Virus record (IMG/VR): IMGVR_UViG_3300044679_000013
Location: 1,816-65,815 of that record
DNA length: 64,000 nt
Reading direction: 5' to 3' (one strand)
Source: a virus
Taxonomy: Duplodnaviria; Caudoviricetes
The notes below the pieces were generated by a model that saw nothing but the letters and a program-made list of their open reading frames with translations, searched no databases and was not told the DNA's origin. The position numbers and the translations under genes are program-made. Numbering within the stretch: position 1 is the first letter of the stretch; each line of letters starts with the position of its first letter. Below, in pieces: positions 53,973 to 62,363 of this stretch.

Positions 53973-54760
53973 ACTGTAACCCAAGGATGGCCGGAATGAA
54001 TGATCTTAAGATCGGTCTGCGGATCATCCAGAACACTGAGCGCCATCCAGAAGAAGCCTTTTAGTCCCCAGGTCGCGGCCCAACTATTTTGCACCAATAC
54101 AGCAGGTGGGCAGGTCGCAGGACGTAAGGTAGGAGTCGGTCCAACGTCGCAACCTAGAATCAGAACTTCGTGCCCTTCGTTGGCAGATTTCCCGCTGGGA
54201 ACATAGACGCCAGTTAGCGCTACTTCTTCGCTCTCGAAGTTATCGTCTACGGTAAAACCAATCTCTACTGGCCAGGGCGTCGGGTCGGCAATTACCGAGA
54301 GTGCAGTCTGTGACCCTACTAGGCCGTGATACGCTCCCATGCGATACTCGGCCGCGTTCGCATCCATTGCCGCCGTAGGTTGCTGAATCTTCTGAGATGA
54401 ATCCGGATAAAGCGAATCTTCGCAGCAACCGTTTGCAATCGAGACATTCGATCCTGTCACACCTTCTGAGCCGTCATCGTTTGGGAAGTTTCCATCTGCA
54501 ATAAGTTCTTTGGCGTAAAGATACAGCGGACTGAGGACAGGTTGCTTGGCGAAATATTTGCGGAATATCCACTCCATCGCAGACGAAAAGGCATGGCCCG
54601 TACACGATCCAAGTTCGCCTTGGTCTTTGATCGGCCCGCACCATGGGCGAAGATCGACAACTGGAGGCAGACTAGGACTTGTCCGCGAAAGCATCCGATG
54701 GGCGGGAAGTGGTGCGGGGATTTTGCGACCGTATCTTCGAATCACTGCTTGTCTACCCAT
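53969..54760 (-). CDS. papain-like cysteine peptidase (C1 family)
   Basis: LP..VDLR, KDQG.LGSCT (catalytic Cys), GHEV (His), QNSW...WG..G (Asn). Confidence 0.9.
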   Translation of the reverse strand: MGRQAVIRRYGRKIPAPLPAHRMLSRTSPSLPPVVDLRPWCGPIKDQGELGSCTGHAFSSAMEWIFRKYFAKQPVLSPLYLYAKELIADGNFPNDDGSEGVTGSNVSIANGCCEDSLYPDSSQKIQQPTAAMDANAAEYRMGAYHGLVGSQTALSVIADPTPWPVEIGFTVDDNFESEEVALTGVYVPSGKSANEGHEVLILGCDVGPTPTLRPATCPPAVLVQNSWAATWGLKGFFWMALSVLDDPQTDLKIIHSGHPWVTV

Positions 54761-55065
54761 GTCGAGCTTTGCTCAATCTGAAGAATATTTTCTGCTCGCT
54801 CAACATCCCCGGCTTGTGCTTTCGGCCCATGATCTGCTTGGAACCAATCGAGAAATCGGCTCATAGCCCTCCCCCAAGTTTTGCCCTGTTCTGCCGCTCT
54901 GGCCGCATGACTGGAAATCGTCTCGTCTGGCTGGCCTCTGAGAACTATAACGTTCGCCATAATGTCTACTGCAACTAAGCTTCTGTGCAGCCAGCCTTCT
55001 TTCGCAGCTTGAGCTTCCTGAATTTGGGCTTCTTGCGGAGTTAGGGGAGTAATGGGGTCTGACAT
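54742..55065 (-). CDS. conserved phage lysis-region hypothetical protein
   Basis: D...N....G.PDETISS.A.R.....WG.....FLD.F..DH motif. Confidence 0.7.
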   Translation of the reverse strand: MSDPITPLTPQEAQIQEAQAAKEGWLHRSLVAVDIMANVIVLRGQPDETISSHAARAAEQGKTWGRAMSRFLDWFQADHGPKAQAGDVERAENILQIEQSSTWVDKQ

Positions 55066-55141
55066 GCTATAATCTTTGTTGACAGATCCGCCACGCCTCT
55101 CCTTCGATGTTGAAGTGATGCGCATAGCTGGCGGATTTTTT
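55065..55141 (+). ncRNA. candidate antisense small RNA in the lysis module
   Basis: TGCTATAAT extended -10 (55065-55073), then ATCCGCCA/TGGCGGAT stem and T tract. Confidence 0.35.
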
Positions 55142-55236
55142 ATGGAATTATGAGGGGATTTAATTTGGCCAGATTGTGATCCGCCCGCGAATTACCGCTA
55201 TCCCCTCGTGGCCTCAGTAATGCCGAGGCGCAAACT

Positions 55237-55458
55237 TTATCTCGAATACAAACTTGACTTCATATACAGCCCTGCCACTGCCGCAATTCCTGTCGAGAGT
55301 CCTGCTTTGAAGTAATGGCCGATACAGCTTAGACTCGTGCAGGCTCCCGGCTGATTAATTGCATTCGCCACAGAGCCCGCAGCGGTCGCCGCAAAAAGCA
55401 CGATGACCGCTTGAGCGGCGTGCGGCAAACTGTTCCAGAAGGCTTTAAGTTTGTTCAT
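55237..55458 (-). CDS. holin-like 2-TM protein
   Basis: GAGGAG RBS; two hydrophobic helices; upstream of lysis enzymes. Confidence 0.6.
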   Translation of the reverse strand: MNKLKAFWNSLPHAAQAVIVLFAATAAGSVANAINQPGACTSLSCIGHYFKAGLSTGIAAVAGLYMKSSLYSR

Positions 55459-55567
55459 TAGACTCCTCAATAAGAGAACCAAGCTAAATAAATCAGTAGC
55501 GCCAAATTCACTACGCTCATAATGAATCCGCAGGCAGCCAATGTCTCAAATAGCGGGAATTTCTCGC

Positions 55568-55897
55568 TCATGCGAATTGACTCCGTTGGTCCTTGGCCGG
55601 CCACGGCGCAAATCCATACTCTGCGCCATCAGGGAAGGCTATCCTAGCCCTATGCTGATTCATGCGGTCCTGAGCCTCAAGAACTTGCTGTTCGGCTCTC
55701 TGGCGCTGTGCCTGCGTCTGCTGGAGCCATCCCTTGACGACGTTCCAACCGTGCGCGACGATAAGTTTTATCTTGGTCGGCGAAACACGAACAGCCACAC
55801 GCAATTCTTCCACGAGGCGACGAGCTTTTGCCCCAGTGATGAAGTGCTTAGGCTGCTCTGAAGGGTCTTGAGGAAATTCCAGAAGGCCGATTTTCAT
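55568..55897 (-). CDS. hypothetical protein, first gene of the lysis/late operon
   Basis: ORF downstream of promoter 56020-56049. Confidence 0.55.
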   Translation of the reverse strand: MKIGLLEFPQDPSEQPKHFITGAKARRLVEELRVAVRVSPTKIKLIVAHGWNVVKGWLQQTQAQRQRAEQQVLEAQDRMNQHRARIAFPDGAEYGFAPWPAKDQRSQFA

Positions 55898-56019
55898 TTT
55901 GGGAGCGTACTAGGCCGTCTACGATCATTCGGGCTTCGGGACTACTCGCCGCCCTGTGGCCAGACTACTTTTAGTGCTCTGTCGGGAAACAGAGACTTGA
56001 TGAGGTGATCTACAAAGCG

Positions 56020-56049
56020 ATAGTAGACCTACTGTCGGTGAAATTGCAA
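56020..56049 (-). promoter_or_regulatory. sigma-70-type promoter with GTAGGTCTAC palindrome over the -10
   Basis: TTGCAA-18-TACTAT; shares GTAGGTCTACTAT with promoter 62334-62363. Confidence 0.65.
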
Positions 56050-56186
56050 GAGAAATCTACAGGAATCTTGGTAGGAGGCTCAGAATTTCACCCTAGTTGG
56101 GGGCTAGGGTATTTCCTGATTCGCCAGATTTGCGTCTTATTAGGGCCATGTCGGAATCCAACTAACTACGCTCATATTCCTCCTTT

Positions 56187-56215
56187 TGACAAGTGGTGTC
56201 GTGAACCGCTGGTCA
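56187..56215 (-). repeat. 11-7-11 palindromic site, copy 4
   Basis: - strand TGACCAGCGGT-TCACGAC-ACCACTTGTCA; begins with the stop codon of gene 56213-56962 and is followed by AAGGAGG and ATG. Confidence 0.85.
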
Positions 56216-56962
56216 GATTGCTTCGGTTTGTGACTCGGTTACACAAATCACGCCGCATTCAATGTTCCGTTCCTTGCGCCGATCAGTTATAACCAGAGGC
56301 AGTTCGTCCAAGAATATCCGCTTGCCGTGATACTCAACTAGGCGACAGCCGATCTTTCTGCTCTGCTTGCAGCGTTTCTCAAAAATCGCTGGGAAGTAAG
56401 TTCGCACTCTGTCCCAATATGTCGGGGACGTAGACTTCACGCATCCGATGCAGTTATTGTTCTTGAATCCGAGCGTGTACATCACCGGGAGTTCAATGCC
56501 TGCATCCCTAATCATCTGATAGCAATGGTCCTTGGTTAGCTGCCAGTCGCGCAAAATCCACTCAAATTCCAGGTCCGGGTTCTGCTCTTCAAATCGTGCT
56601 ATGCGTCCCACTTCGTCGAATGTCAGCCCGAAAATATGAAGATCGTTCGGCTGTTGGTAGTCGCAACGCGGCACCTTCTTCATCTCGCGGGTGCATGGCG
56701 CTCCATGGACGCCGGACATATATCTAGTCTTCTCGAATACTTCGTCAATGTCGGCGTATTTCTTGGACGCAATAAACCCGACGCTCTTACCTATCCACTT
56801 TTCCACGTCAGTCACAAACCGCAGGTTGTCTGGATGTTCGGATGCGGACGTGTCGCAGTACACCACGTGTGCGTCCGGGTACTTTTCAACCGCCAGTTTC
56901 GCCGCGCAAGCTGACGCCGCACCGCACGAGAACCAGACAATTACGCGCCCGTTAGCGTCCAT
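56213..56962 (-). CDS. PAPS-reductase-like (PP-loop) protein
   Basis: WFSCGA.SA, EHPDN.RF, CT...K..P, Y.LGF.NNNC.GCVK motifs. Confidence 0.8.
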   Translation of the reverse strand: MDANGRVIVWFSCGAASACAAKLAVEKYPDAHVVYCDTSASEHPDNLRFVTDVEKWIGKSVGFIASKKYADIDEVFEKTRYMSGVHGAPCTREMKKVPRCDYQQPNDLHIFGLTFDEVGRIARFEEQNPDLEFEWILRDWQLTKDHCYQMIRDAGIELPVMYTLGFKNNNCIGCVKSTSPTYWDRVRTYFPAIFEKRCKQSRKIGCRLVEYHGKRIFLDELPLVITDRRKERNIECGVICVTESQTEAI

Positions 56963-57302
56963 CGGTTTCCTTTTCCAGCATTACGGTTTCGTTGGGGAAA
57001 ACCACAGACACTTTCATCTGGCGGTATTCGGTCATCAAACGTTCTGCCAGTGCCAAAGCTTTATGACGTATGCTTGCAATCTCTTCTGGGAAGCGCGGGT
57101 AGTTGATGAGACCAACAGCGATGCCCGGTTCACTTCCGTTCTTGTAAATGAACCGCGTGGCGGTCACGGTGACGCACAAACCACCATCGTTGGCGTAGGT
57201 CTGTAACAGGTTGTACGCCATGTCAATAGATCGAATTTCGCTGGTGTACGACTCCCGACAACCGACGTAGATGGTAGCCGTGTATGTGTCAACTGTTTTC
57301 AT
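56952..57302 (-). CDS. conserved phage hypothetical protein
   Basis: AAGGA RBS; GLCVTV..T.FIY..G.EPG..VGLINYPRFP motif. Confidence 0.75.
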   Translation of the reverse strand: MKTVDTYTATIYVGCRESYTSEIRSIDMAYNLLQTYANDGGLCVTVTATRFIYKNGSEPGIAVGLINYPRFPEEIASIRHKALALAERLMTEYRQMKVSVVFPNETVMLEKETDGR

Positions 57303-57318
57303 AAGTCCTTTAGAACGG

Positions 57319-57347
57319 TGACCAGTGGTCTCGTTAACCACTCGTCT
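57319..57347 (-). repeat. 11-7-11 palindromic site, copy 5
   Basis: - strand AGACGAGTGGT-TAACGAG-ACCACTGGTCA upstream of the RBS of gene 57302. Confidence 0.85.
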
Positions 57348-57395
57348 TTCTTCCGTTCCCCTGCAACTTCCTCAACAAAAGATTCCAAGCCGCTC

Positions 57396-57677
57396 TCACT
57401 TGCTCTTGAACGCATTCTTTATAAATTTAGCGATGGCGCGTTTGTTGGCCAGATATTGCTTCGGCCCCAAATATTCGCGCCGCGATGATTCGAACTGCCT
57501 TTCGAGTTTCTTGAGAACACGCACGCTGTAATCGTGGAGATCGGCGATATTCCCGTGATTGCGCCCGTACTTTTCTATGGTTTCCCGATCCTGAAGAATT
57601 GAATTCCAGAGAGATTGATAGAGATAGTTGTAATCCTTCCACGTCACTTCGAGGCGCACCTTGAACGGTTTTTTCAT
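57396..57677 (-). CDS. hypothetical protein
   Basis: MKKPFK start overlapping the YqaJ stop. Confidence 0.5.
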   Translation of the reverse strand: MKKPFKVRLEVTWKDYNYLYQSLWNSILQDRETIEKYGRNHGNIADLHDYSVRVLKKLERQFESSRREYLGPKQYLANKRAIAKFIKNAFKSK

Positions 57678-58333
57678 GCTAATTGGCGAATCCCCCATGG
57701 GTTGCTCCTTTCAAACTCTCGAACTTGTTTTTCCATGGCCTCGACTTCGGTCAGGAATTGGCGGATTTCGGTTTCCATGATGGCAATGAGTTCATCGTTG
57801 CGCTCGAATCGCTTCACGAATAACTGGAGGCCGGGAGGGAATCGCGGATCGAAGGAAACGAAGTCCACATACTCCCGTTCGCTGCAGGCCATTTCTGCTA
57901 GCATCTGTGGCTGGTATTCAATTGGTACGACGTTCTCTATCAGGTAGCGAAGGTGGGTTCTGGAAGTGGGGCATTTCACTTCCAAGAGGCCGTTTTCTCC
58001 GATTCGCCGATCTGGGGACGCACCGAACCATTTAATCTCGGGGTGCATGGCGAATCCGCCAGGTTCCAGCATTACGTCGCGCTCAATCTCATAGGCAGCT
58101 ACGGCGAATTGTTCGTTGTCGATGCCCCACTGCATTGCCGGGGAAACGTAGTTGTCGGCGTTCAGCCCAGTCAGGCGCTCGACTACTAATTCCATGAGAT
58201 AGTCTTGGCGTGCCGCACAATAGCCGCCCTTTTTGAGCTTGGTAACTACGTCGATGATGCGTGAGCCCGTACACATGCCCACACGCATTTTTAGCCAGTC
58301 TGCCGAGCCTTGTTCCACTTCTATGACAGGCAT
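57674..58333 (-). CDS. YqaJ/lambda-exonuclease family protein
   Basis: EQGS.DWL..R.G..TGS, M.WG...E..A, GASPD, LLEVKCP, Q...C......FVSFDPR motifs. Confidence 0.9.
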   Translation of the reverse strand: MPVIEVEQGSADWLKMRVGMCTGSRIIDVVTKLKKGGYCAARQDYLMELVVERLTGLNADNYVSPAMQWGIDNEQFAVAAYEIERDVMLEPGGFAMHPEIKWFGASPDRRIGENGLLEVKCPTSRTHLRYLIENVVPIEYQPQMLAEMACSEREYVDFVSFDPRFPPGLQLFVKRFERNDELIAIMETEIRQFLTEVEAMEKQVREFERSNPWGIRQLA

Positions 58334-58398
58334 TAGAGTTCCGCCTTCCTGACTGGATGGCTAATAGCTCTTTCCAATCGCCAATTCGCACCTATCAT

Positions 58399-59112
58399 TT
58401 ACAGCTCCGATTTGCGCTTATCCTTCGCCGCGATGATTTGCGCTTTGGCATTTTTGTTGCTGTCGAATTTCTTGATGGCTTGGGTGTACATGGCCTTCAA
58501 TTCCTCGACATTGCGCGAGTTCTCAATCCATTCAATTGCCTCAGTTAGATCGGCATTTGTAGCTCCCGCCCCGTTGCCATCGTCATCCACATTGCCATCT
58601 GTCGAAGCCAGTCCGCAGATTGACTCGAACGTGCAAGCCTTCGCGTAGGTGATGGCAGACTTGATCTGCTGGATAGGATTCTTCGCCCCGGAGGTATCTG
58701 GCGGCACTGTCATGGAAACGGTTTCAAAGTGTCCGGCAATGTGAGTCACAATGCACGAAACCTTGATGCCGTTGGACTGATCCTGATCCCATCGAATGCT
58801 CAATCCATGCTGGCTGAGATAGGGCGTGACCGTGGCAACCAATTTCCCGAGAGAAACGTACTTCGAGTCATACTGCTTATTCGTCTTGTCTCGGACAATC
58901 TTGATGGCGTGCGCCTTGAATGCACTCATCGCCTGCACGAAGGCTTTTCGAGCTTCGTTACGGTCGTGCCGCTCTTTCAGTTCCAACAGTGATTGAAGTT
59001 TGGCAACATCAAACTCAGGCGACATAACCGCCCGTTCAATGATGTCCAATAGCGAATCAGGCTCCCTATTCGCCAATATCGGTGGTGGTGTCAAAACCAG
59101 TTCTTGCTCCAT
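58399..59112 (-). CDS. erf: ERF-family single-strand annealing protein
   Basis: KY..L......P.L..HGLS, H.AGH.E, NPIQ...SA.TYA......I.GL....DDDG signature. Confidence 0.9.
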   Translation of the reverse strand: MEQELVLTPPPILANREPDSLLDIIERAVMSPEFDVAKLQSLLELKERHDRNEARKAFVQAMSAFKAHAIKIVRDKTNKQYDSKYVSLGKLVATVTPYLSQHGLSIRWDQDQSNGIKVSCIVTHIAGHFETVSMTVPPDTSGAKNPIQQIKSAITYAKACTFESICGLASTDGNVDDDGNGAGATNADLTEAIEWIENSRNVEELKAMYTQAIKKFDSNKNAKAQIIAAKDKRKSEL

Positions 59113-59141
59113 GTTGTCGGCCCCTCCCTAGGCCGAAAAAG

Positions 59142-59423
59142 TCACTTGCAAAGAATCTTTAAAGCCTCTTCGGTTGTCTCCACTACGTCTACTTGGCCCT
59201 GCCAGTTATCGTGAAAGTCCTTTTCGTCGTTGGTTAGGCGGCGTTTACTTGGCGATTGATTTCCGTCCTTAATCTCGAAAAAGTAGTTATGGTTGCGCCA
59301 ACCTACAGCGATGTCGGGTTTTCCAGAACCAAGGTCCGCCATGCTAAAAACTGTCGCGCCCATCTTCCGCAGATCGCGGACTATTTGGCTGTGATTGGCG
59401 TCTACTCTGCCGCGTATTCTCAT
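59142..59423 (-). CDS. VRR-NUC-like PD-(D/E)xK nuclease
   Basis: D.NH..IV..LR..GA...G.PD..VG......EIK...LT.DE..FH..W. Confidence 0.8.
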   Translation of the reverse strand: MRIRGRVDANHSQIVRDLRKMGATVFSMADLGSGKPDIAVGWRNHNYFFEIKDGNQSPSKRRLTNDEKDFHDNWQGQVDVVETTEEALKILCK

Positions 59424-59677
59424 ACCAACTTCTTTCCTGACAGCAGTTGACTCTGCAATTTGTTAAGACAACTCTCGCCGCACACTGGAAACTCGTTCGC
59501 TCGTCGCGGCGGCACATCTGGATTCAACGAAGTAATCGCGTACAGGATCGGCACTCCGTAACGGGTCCAAGCCATCTCATCTTCGGGTTGAACCACCAAG
59601 CAGAACCAGTGGTTGGCTTCGCCTTTGACGATTCCGCATCCGGCGCACGCTACTCGAACTGTGACGAAAGAGTTCAC
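59420..59677 (-). CDS. Zn-binding hypothetical protein
   Basis: C..CG..K.E.NHW...CGE.C motif. Confidence 0.65.
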   Translation of the reverse strand: MNSFVTVRVACAGCGIVKGEANHWFCLVVQPEDEMAWTRYGVPILYAITSLNPDVPPRRANEFPVCGESCLNKLQSQLLSGKKLV

Positions 59678-59918
59678 ACATCACCGCCGCTCATAATCGA
59701 GAATCCTTTCATCAATCGACATCCGATGCTGTACCGAGACTGCTCCACCGCGTCACGCTGCGGATTCTGCGGAAGAGAAACACGCCTAGTAGTTCGGAGT
59801 TGTAGTCCATTGGCTGTTCCCGTATTGCTAGAACCGCAAAATGGGCAATCCTCGAACACAAGTAGGCCACCGCCAAATTCCGTTTCGCCGTAAATATGGT
59901 GGCAAGCGCGGCAGTAGT

Positions 59919-60137
59919 TCACAGTCCCAGCACCCCGTAAATCGCATTCACTACCCGGTTCACGTAAAAATGGCCGTTCAAAGCCATCCACCAAAAGCAG
60001 TAGCCGCCGCCGATCCATGCTGCGACGTATCCGAGAATGGCGAGAAATGCCGAGTAGTTCATCTCCCGGCGCGGTTGCAAAGTTCGTTCCTGAATCGCTG
60101 GCTTCATAAAGAGTTCCTCCAGTTCTTCGTTTGACAT
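59919..60137 (-). CDS. small membrane protein (start uncertain)
   Basis: TM segment FLAILGYVAAWIGGGYCFWW. Confidence 0.45.
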   Translation of the reverse strand: MSNEELEELFMKPAIQERTLQPRREMNYSAFLAILGYVAAWIGGGYCFWWMALNGHFYVNRVVNAIYGVLGL

Positions 60138-60163
60138 GATTGGCGATCGATCCCACACGTAGC

Positions 60164-61048
60164 TCACGCTGCCTCCTTCGCCTTGACGGGCTTGCCGAAA
60201 ATATCTACTTCCCAAGTGGGGGCACAGACTCTCGGCGCTTTGATTTTGGTTGGATACTGTGGGTTCTTATGGACGACGATTTCTGAAACCTTGACGGGGC
60301 AGGCTACGAACTTGGTTCCCATCGAATCGAACTGCACGCACAGGGCTGGGTCAGGGCAGAAGTGCAAGCCGCCGCCGCATTCCGCTACGCCGTTATCCCA
60401 ATCGTCAGCTTTAGCTGTTGTACCAGGTGCGTAAGACGTTCCGTGTTGGCTCTTGAAATCATCGCGGACGATCTTGTAAAGAGTGACGACACCTTTAACG
60501 GACTTGACACCGTAATTATCGAGCCATTGTTTGGCGGTTGTCGGCCCCTTGTACTTGATCTGGACGCCGCCAGTAACCTTCGGATTGCCCATGATTGTCA
60601 CAGCTACTTGCTTTGAGGCCGTGACTTGCGAGGAATCGCAGGCCCTGACTTGCGAGGAACCGTAGGCCGTGACTTGCGAGGAACCGTAGGCCCTGACTTG
60701 CGAGTAATCGCAGGCCCTGACTTGCGAGGAATCGCAGGCCGTGACTTGCGAGTAATCGTAGGCCCTGACTTGCGAGGAATCGCAGGCCGTGACTTGCGAG
60801 GAATCGTAGGCCCTGACTTGCGAGGAATCGTAGGCCCTGACTTGCGAGGAATCGCAGGCCGTGACTTGCGAGGAACCGTAGGCCGTGACTTGCGAGGAAC
60901 CGTAGGCCGTGACTTGCGAGTAATCGCAGGCCCTGACTTGCGAGGAATCGTAGACTTCGTAGGCGCCTTCGCGGACAACCGCGATATCTCCCTTGGTGCA
61001 CACATCGTTCAGTTCCTGCTGTGATTTAACCTCGACCTCTTTCTTCAC
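60164..61048 (-). CDS. octapeptide-repeat protein with C-terminal DUF7666-like domain
   Basis: GGAGG RBS before GTG 61048; 14 x (Y/C)(D/G)(S/Y)SQV(T/R)A; LYK.V..DF.S...ECGGGLHFC domain. Confidence 0.75.
   Translation of the reverse strand: MKKEVEVKSQQELNDVCTKGDIAVVREGAYEVYDSSQVRACDYSQVTAYGSSQVTAYGSSQVTACDSSQVRAYDSSQVRAYDSSQVTACDSSQVRAYDYSQVTACDSSQVRACDYSQVRAYGSSQVTAYGSSQVRACDSSQVTASKQVAVTIMGNPKVTGGVQIKYKGPTTAKQWLDNYGVKSVKGVVTLYKIVRDDFKSQHGTSYAPGTTAKADDWDNGVAECGGGLHFCPDPALCVQFDSMGTKFVACPVKVSEIVVHKNPQYPTKIKAPRVCAPTWEVDIFGKPVKAKEAA
60617..60952 (-). repeat. 14 tandem 24-bp coding repeats
   Basis: Invariant TCGCAAGTCA core with four binary variable positions; no spacers. Confidence 0.95.
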
Positions 61049-61206
61049 GCAGCCTCCTTCTTCACCTGCCGCAAATAGTCCTGAATTGCTTCCTGCTCTG
61101 TCGTGCCCCAGCCGATGATTAAGACGTTCTCTCCGTAAGCAATCCAAACTCGGCCATCGGAATCTACTGGCGGGTAAACGTAAGCTGTGTTGACTTCGGT
61201 CATTGC

Positions 61207-61659
61207 TCATTGCTCCTCTTGTTCGCACTGTTCGCATAGCGACCGAACGTGGCCGTGAATGCACTCACGCTCCTGCCAATCATCAGGAAGTTGGCACGGG
61301 CAAAGGCAACCCTGTCCAATGCAGTGATGGTGGATTCCGTGGATGCATTCTGCACAAACCGTTACTGCGACCCTGTTTACTCTGTGCATGTCAGTCAGGA
61401 TGGCCTTCATTGTTTGCTTGGAAACGTCGCCTATTCTGATCGCTTCCAATTCAGTCACGGGCAAAGTCACCAGCTTCTTGATGCCCATTTCACGAACGTA
61501 GCAGCGCGGGTGAACGTAGCGGCGGTCTCGCTTCGGTACGGCATCCCCATGCACACAGATGAGCAGTGGGATCGCGGTAGTAGGATCGGAAGGTTTGTAG
61601 ATTCCAACCTTAGAACACAGGAGACACACGCGAAGCTTCCTAACCTCGTGGACGTTCAC
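61207..61659 (-). CDS. Cys/His-rich hypothetical protein
   Basis: Multiple CxxC and HxxC motifs. Confidence 0.55.
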   Translation of the reverse strand: MNVHEVRKLRVCLLCSKVGIYKPSDPTTAIPLLICVHGDAVPKRDRRYVHPRCYVREMGIKKLVTLPVTELEAIRIGDVSKQTMKAILTDMHRVNRVAVTVCAECIHGIHHHCIGQGCLCPCQLPDDWQERECIHGHVRSLCEQCEQEEQ

Positions 61660-61765
61660 GCTTTGCCTTCTTTCTCTTCCGTGGCTTTGGCTGTTTCGAC
61701 TTCGGGCGATAATTCAGAACTACATCGGCGATCTGCTCAAGAGCTTTCGGAGGTTTGCTCATCAT
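61640..61765 (-). CDS. small basic peptide
   Basis: GAGG RBS; MMSKPPKALEQIADVVLNYRPKSKQPKPRKRKK. Confidence 0.45.
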   Translation of the reverse strand: MMSKPPKALEQIADVVLNYRPKSKQPKPRKRKKAKRERPRG

Positions 61766-61778
61766 TGGGACACCGCCT

Positions 61779-61997
61779 CTAATTGTCGTAATACGAATCC
61801 CATCGCATTTGCGCGAAACTCTCTTGTTCTCGGTCGGCTCGACGCTCTTCTCGGTCACATTCGGACTGCAGCATTCGCCGATAGCGCGTTACGCACTTCA
61901 TAGCCTCATCGCGAGTCCGGTAGAAGCGTGCCCGGAAACGGTTAACCTGCAACTCCCACAGACCAAACTTGCCGATAAAGTTAAGGGTGTAAGTCAT
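61779..61997 (-). CDS. hypothetical protein
   Basis: GAGG RBS; ATGA overlap; F.TRDEA motif. Confidence 0.55.
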   Translation of the reverse strand: MTYTLNFIGKFGLWELQVNRFRARFYRTRDEAMKCVTRYRRMLQSECDREERRADREQESFAQMRWDSYYDN

Positions 61998-62305
61998 TGC
62001 CGCACCTCGCTATGCCGCAGACATCGAACAGATTCGCCCACAATGACTACTCCCGCCGAATGGCAATGATCCCCTGATCCTTCCCGGCTTCGCGGATCGA
62101 CAAAATCGCAAAACAATGGCGAGAACTTTCGTTGGCCCATCGGCTCCGGCCAAGACTCAGGACACCAGCTGCCAAACTCAGAATGTTGAGCATGTGGCTG
62201 ATAGCAGTTCTCGCAAAGCGTCTCATTGGAGTGTTTGGTGAGGGATTTCTCTACCATGGAACCCAAATCCCGGATCATGGTTCCTGAATAAGAATTGGAT
62301 TGCAT
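61994..62305 (-). CDS. Cys/His hypothetical protein, first gene of the leftward early operon
   Basis: GGGAGG RBS; CENC..P...H....C motif. Confidence 0.6.
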   Translation of the reverse strand: MQSNSYSGTMIRDLGSMVEKSLTKHSNETLCENCYQPHAQHSEFGSWCPESWPEPMGQRKFSPLFCDFVDPRSREGSGDHCHSAGVVIVGESVRCLRHSEVRQ

Positions 62306-62333
62306 CGCAGCCTCCCAGCGTGTGACGAAATGA

Positions 62334-62363
62334 ATAGTAGACCTACAGCAGCGCTATTGTCAA
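62334..62363 (-). promoter_or_regulatory. leftward early promoter
   Basis: TTGACA-18-TACTAT with GTAGGTCTAC. Confidence 0.75.

Noticed and set aside
60617-60952. Possible CRISPR array or DGR variable/template repeat
   Set aside because: Units are contiguous with no unique spacers, are in frame within a gene, and there is no cas or reverse transcriptase gene in the window.
60516-61024. Alternative-frame repeat ORFs (LRFLASHG, PRKSGP, GPDLR)
   Set aside because: Open frames are an automatic consequence of a stop-free 24-bp repeat; only one frame has an RBS and a downstream domain.
60164-61060. 15/16-bp repeat GAAGGAGGCwGCGTGA flanking the repeat gene
   Set aside because: Largely explained by the common RBS plus overlapping stop/start (KEAA*) idiom, so it is weak evidence of insertion.
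61640-61765. Peptide reminiscent of small ORFs I recall next to IS1595-type transposases
   Set aside because: No transposase or terminal inverted repeats are visible and the recollection cannot be verified here.
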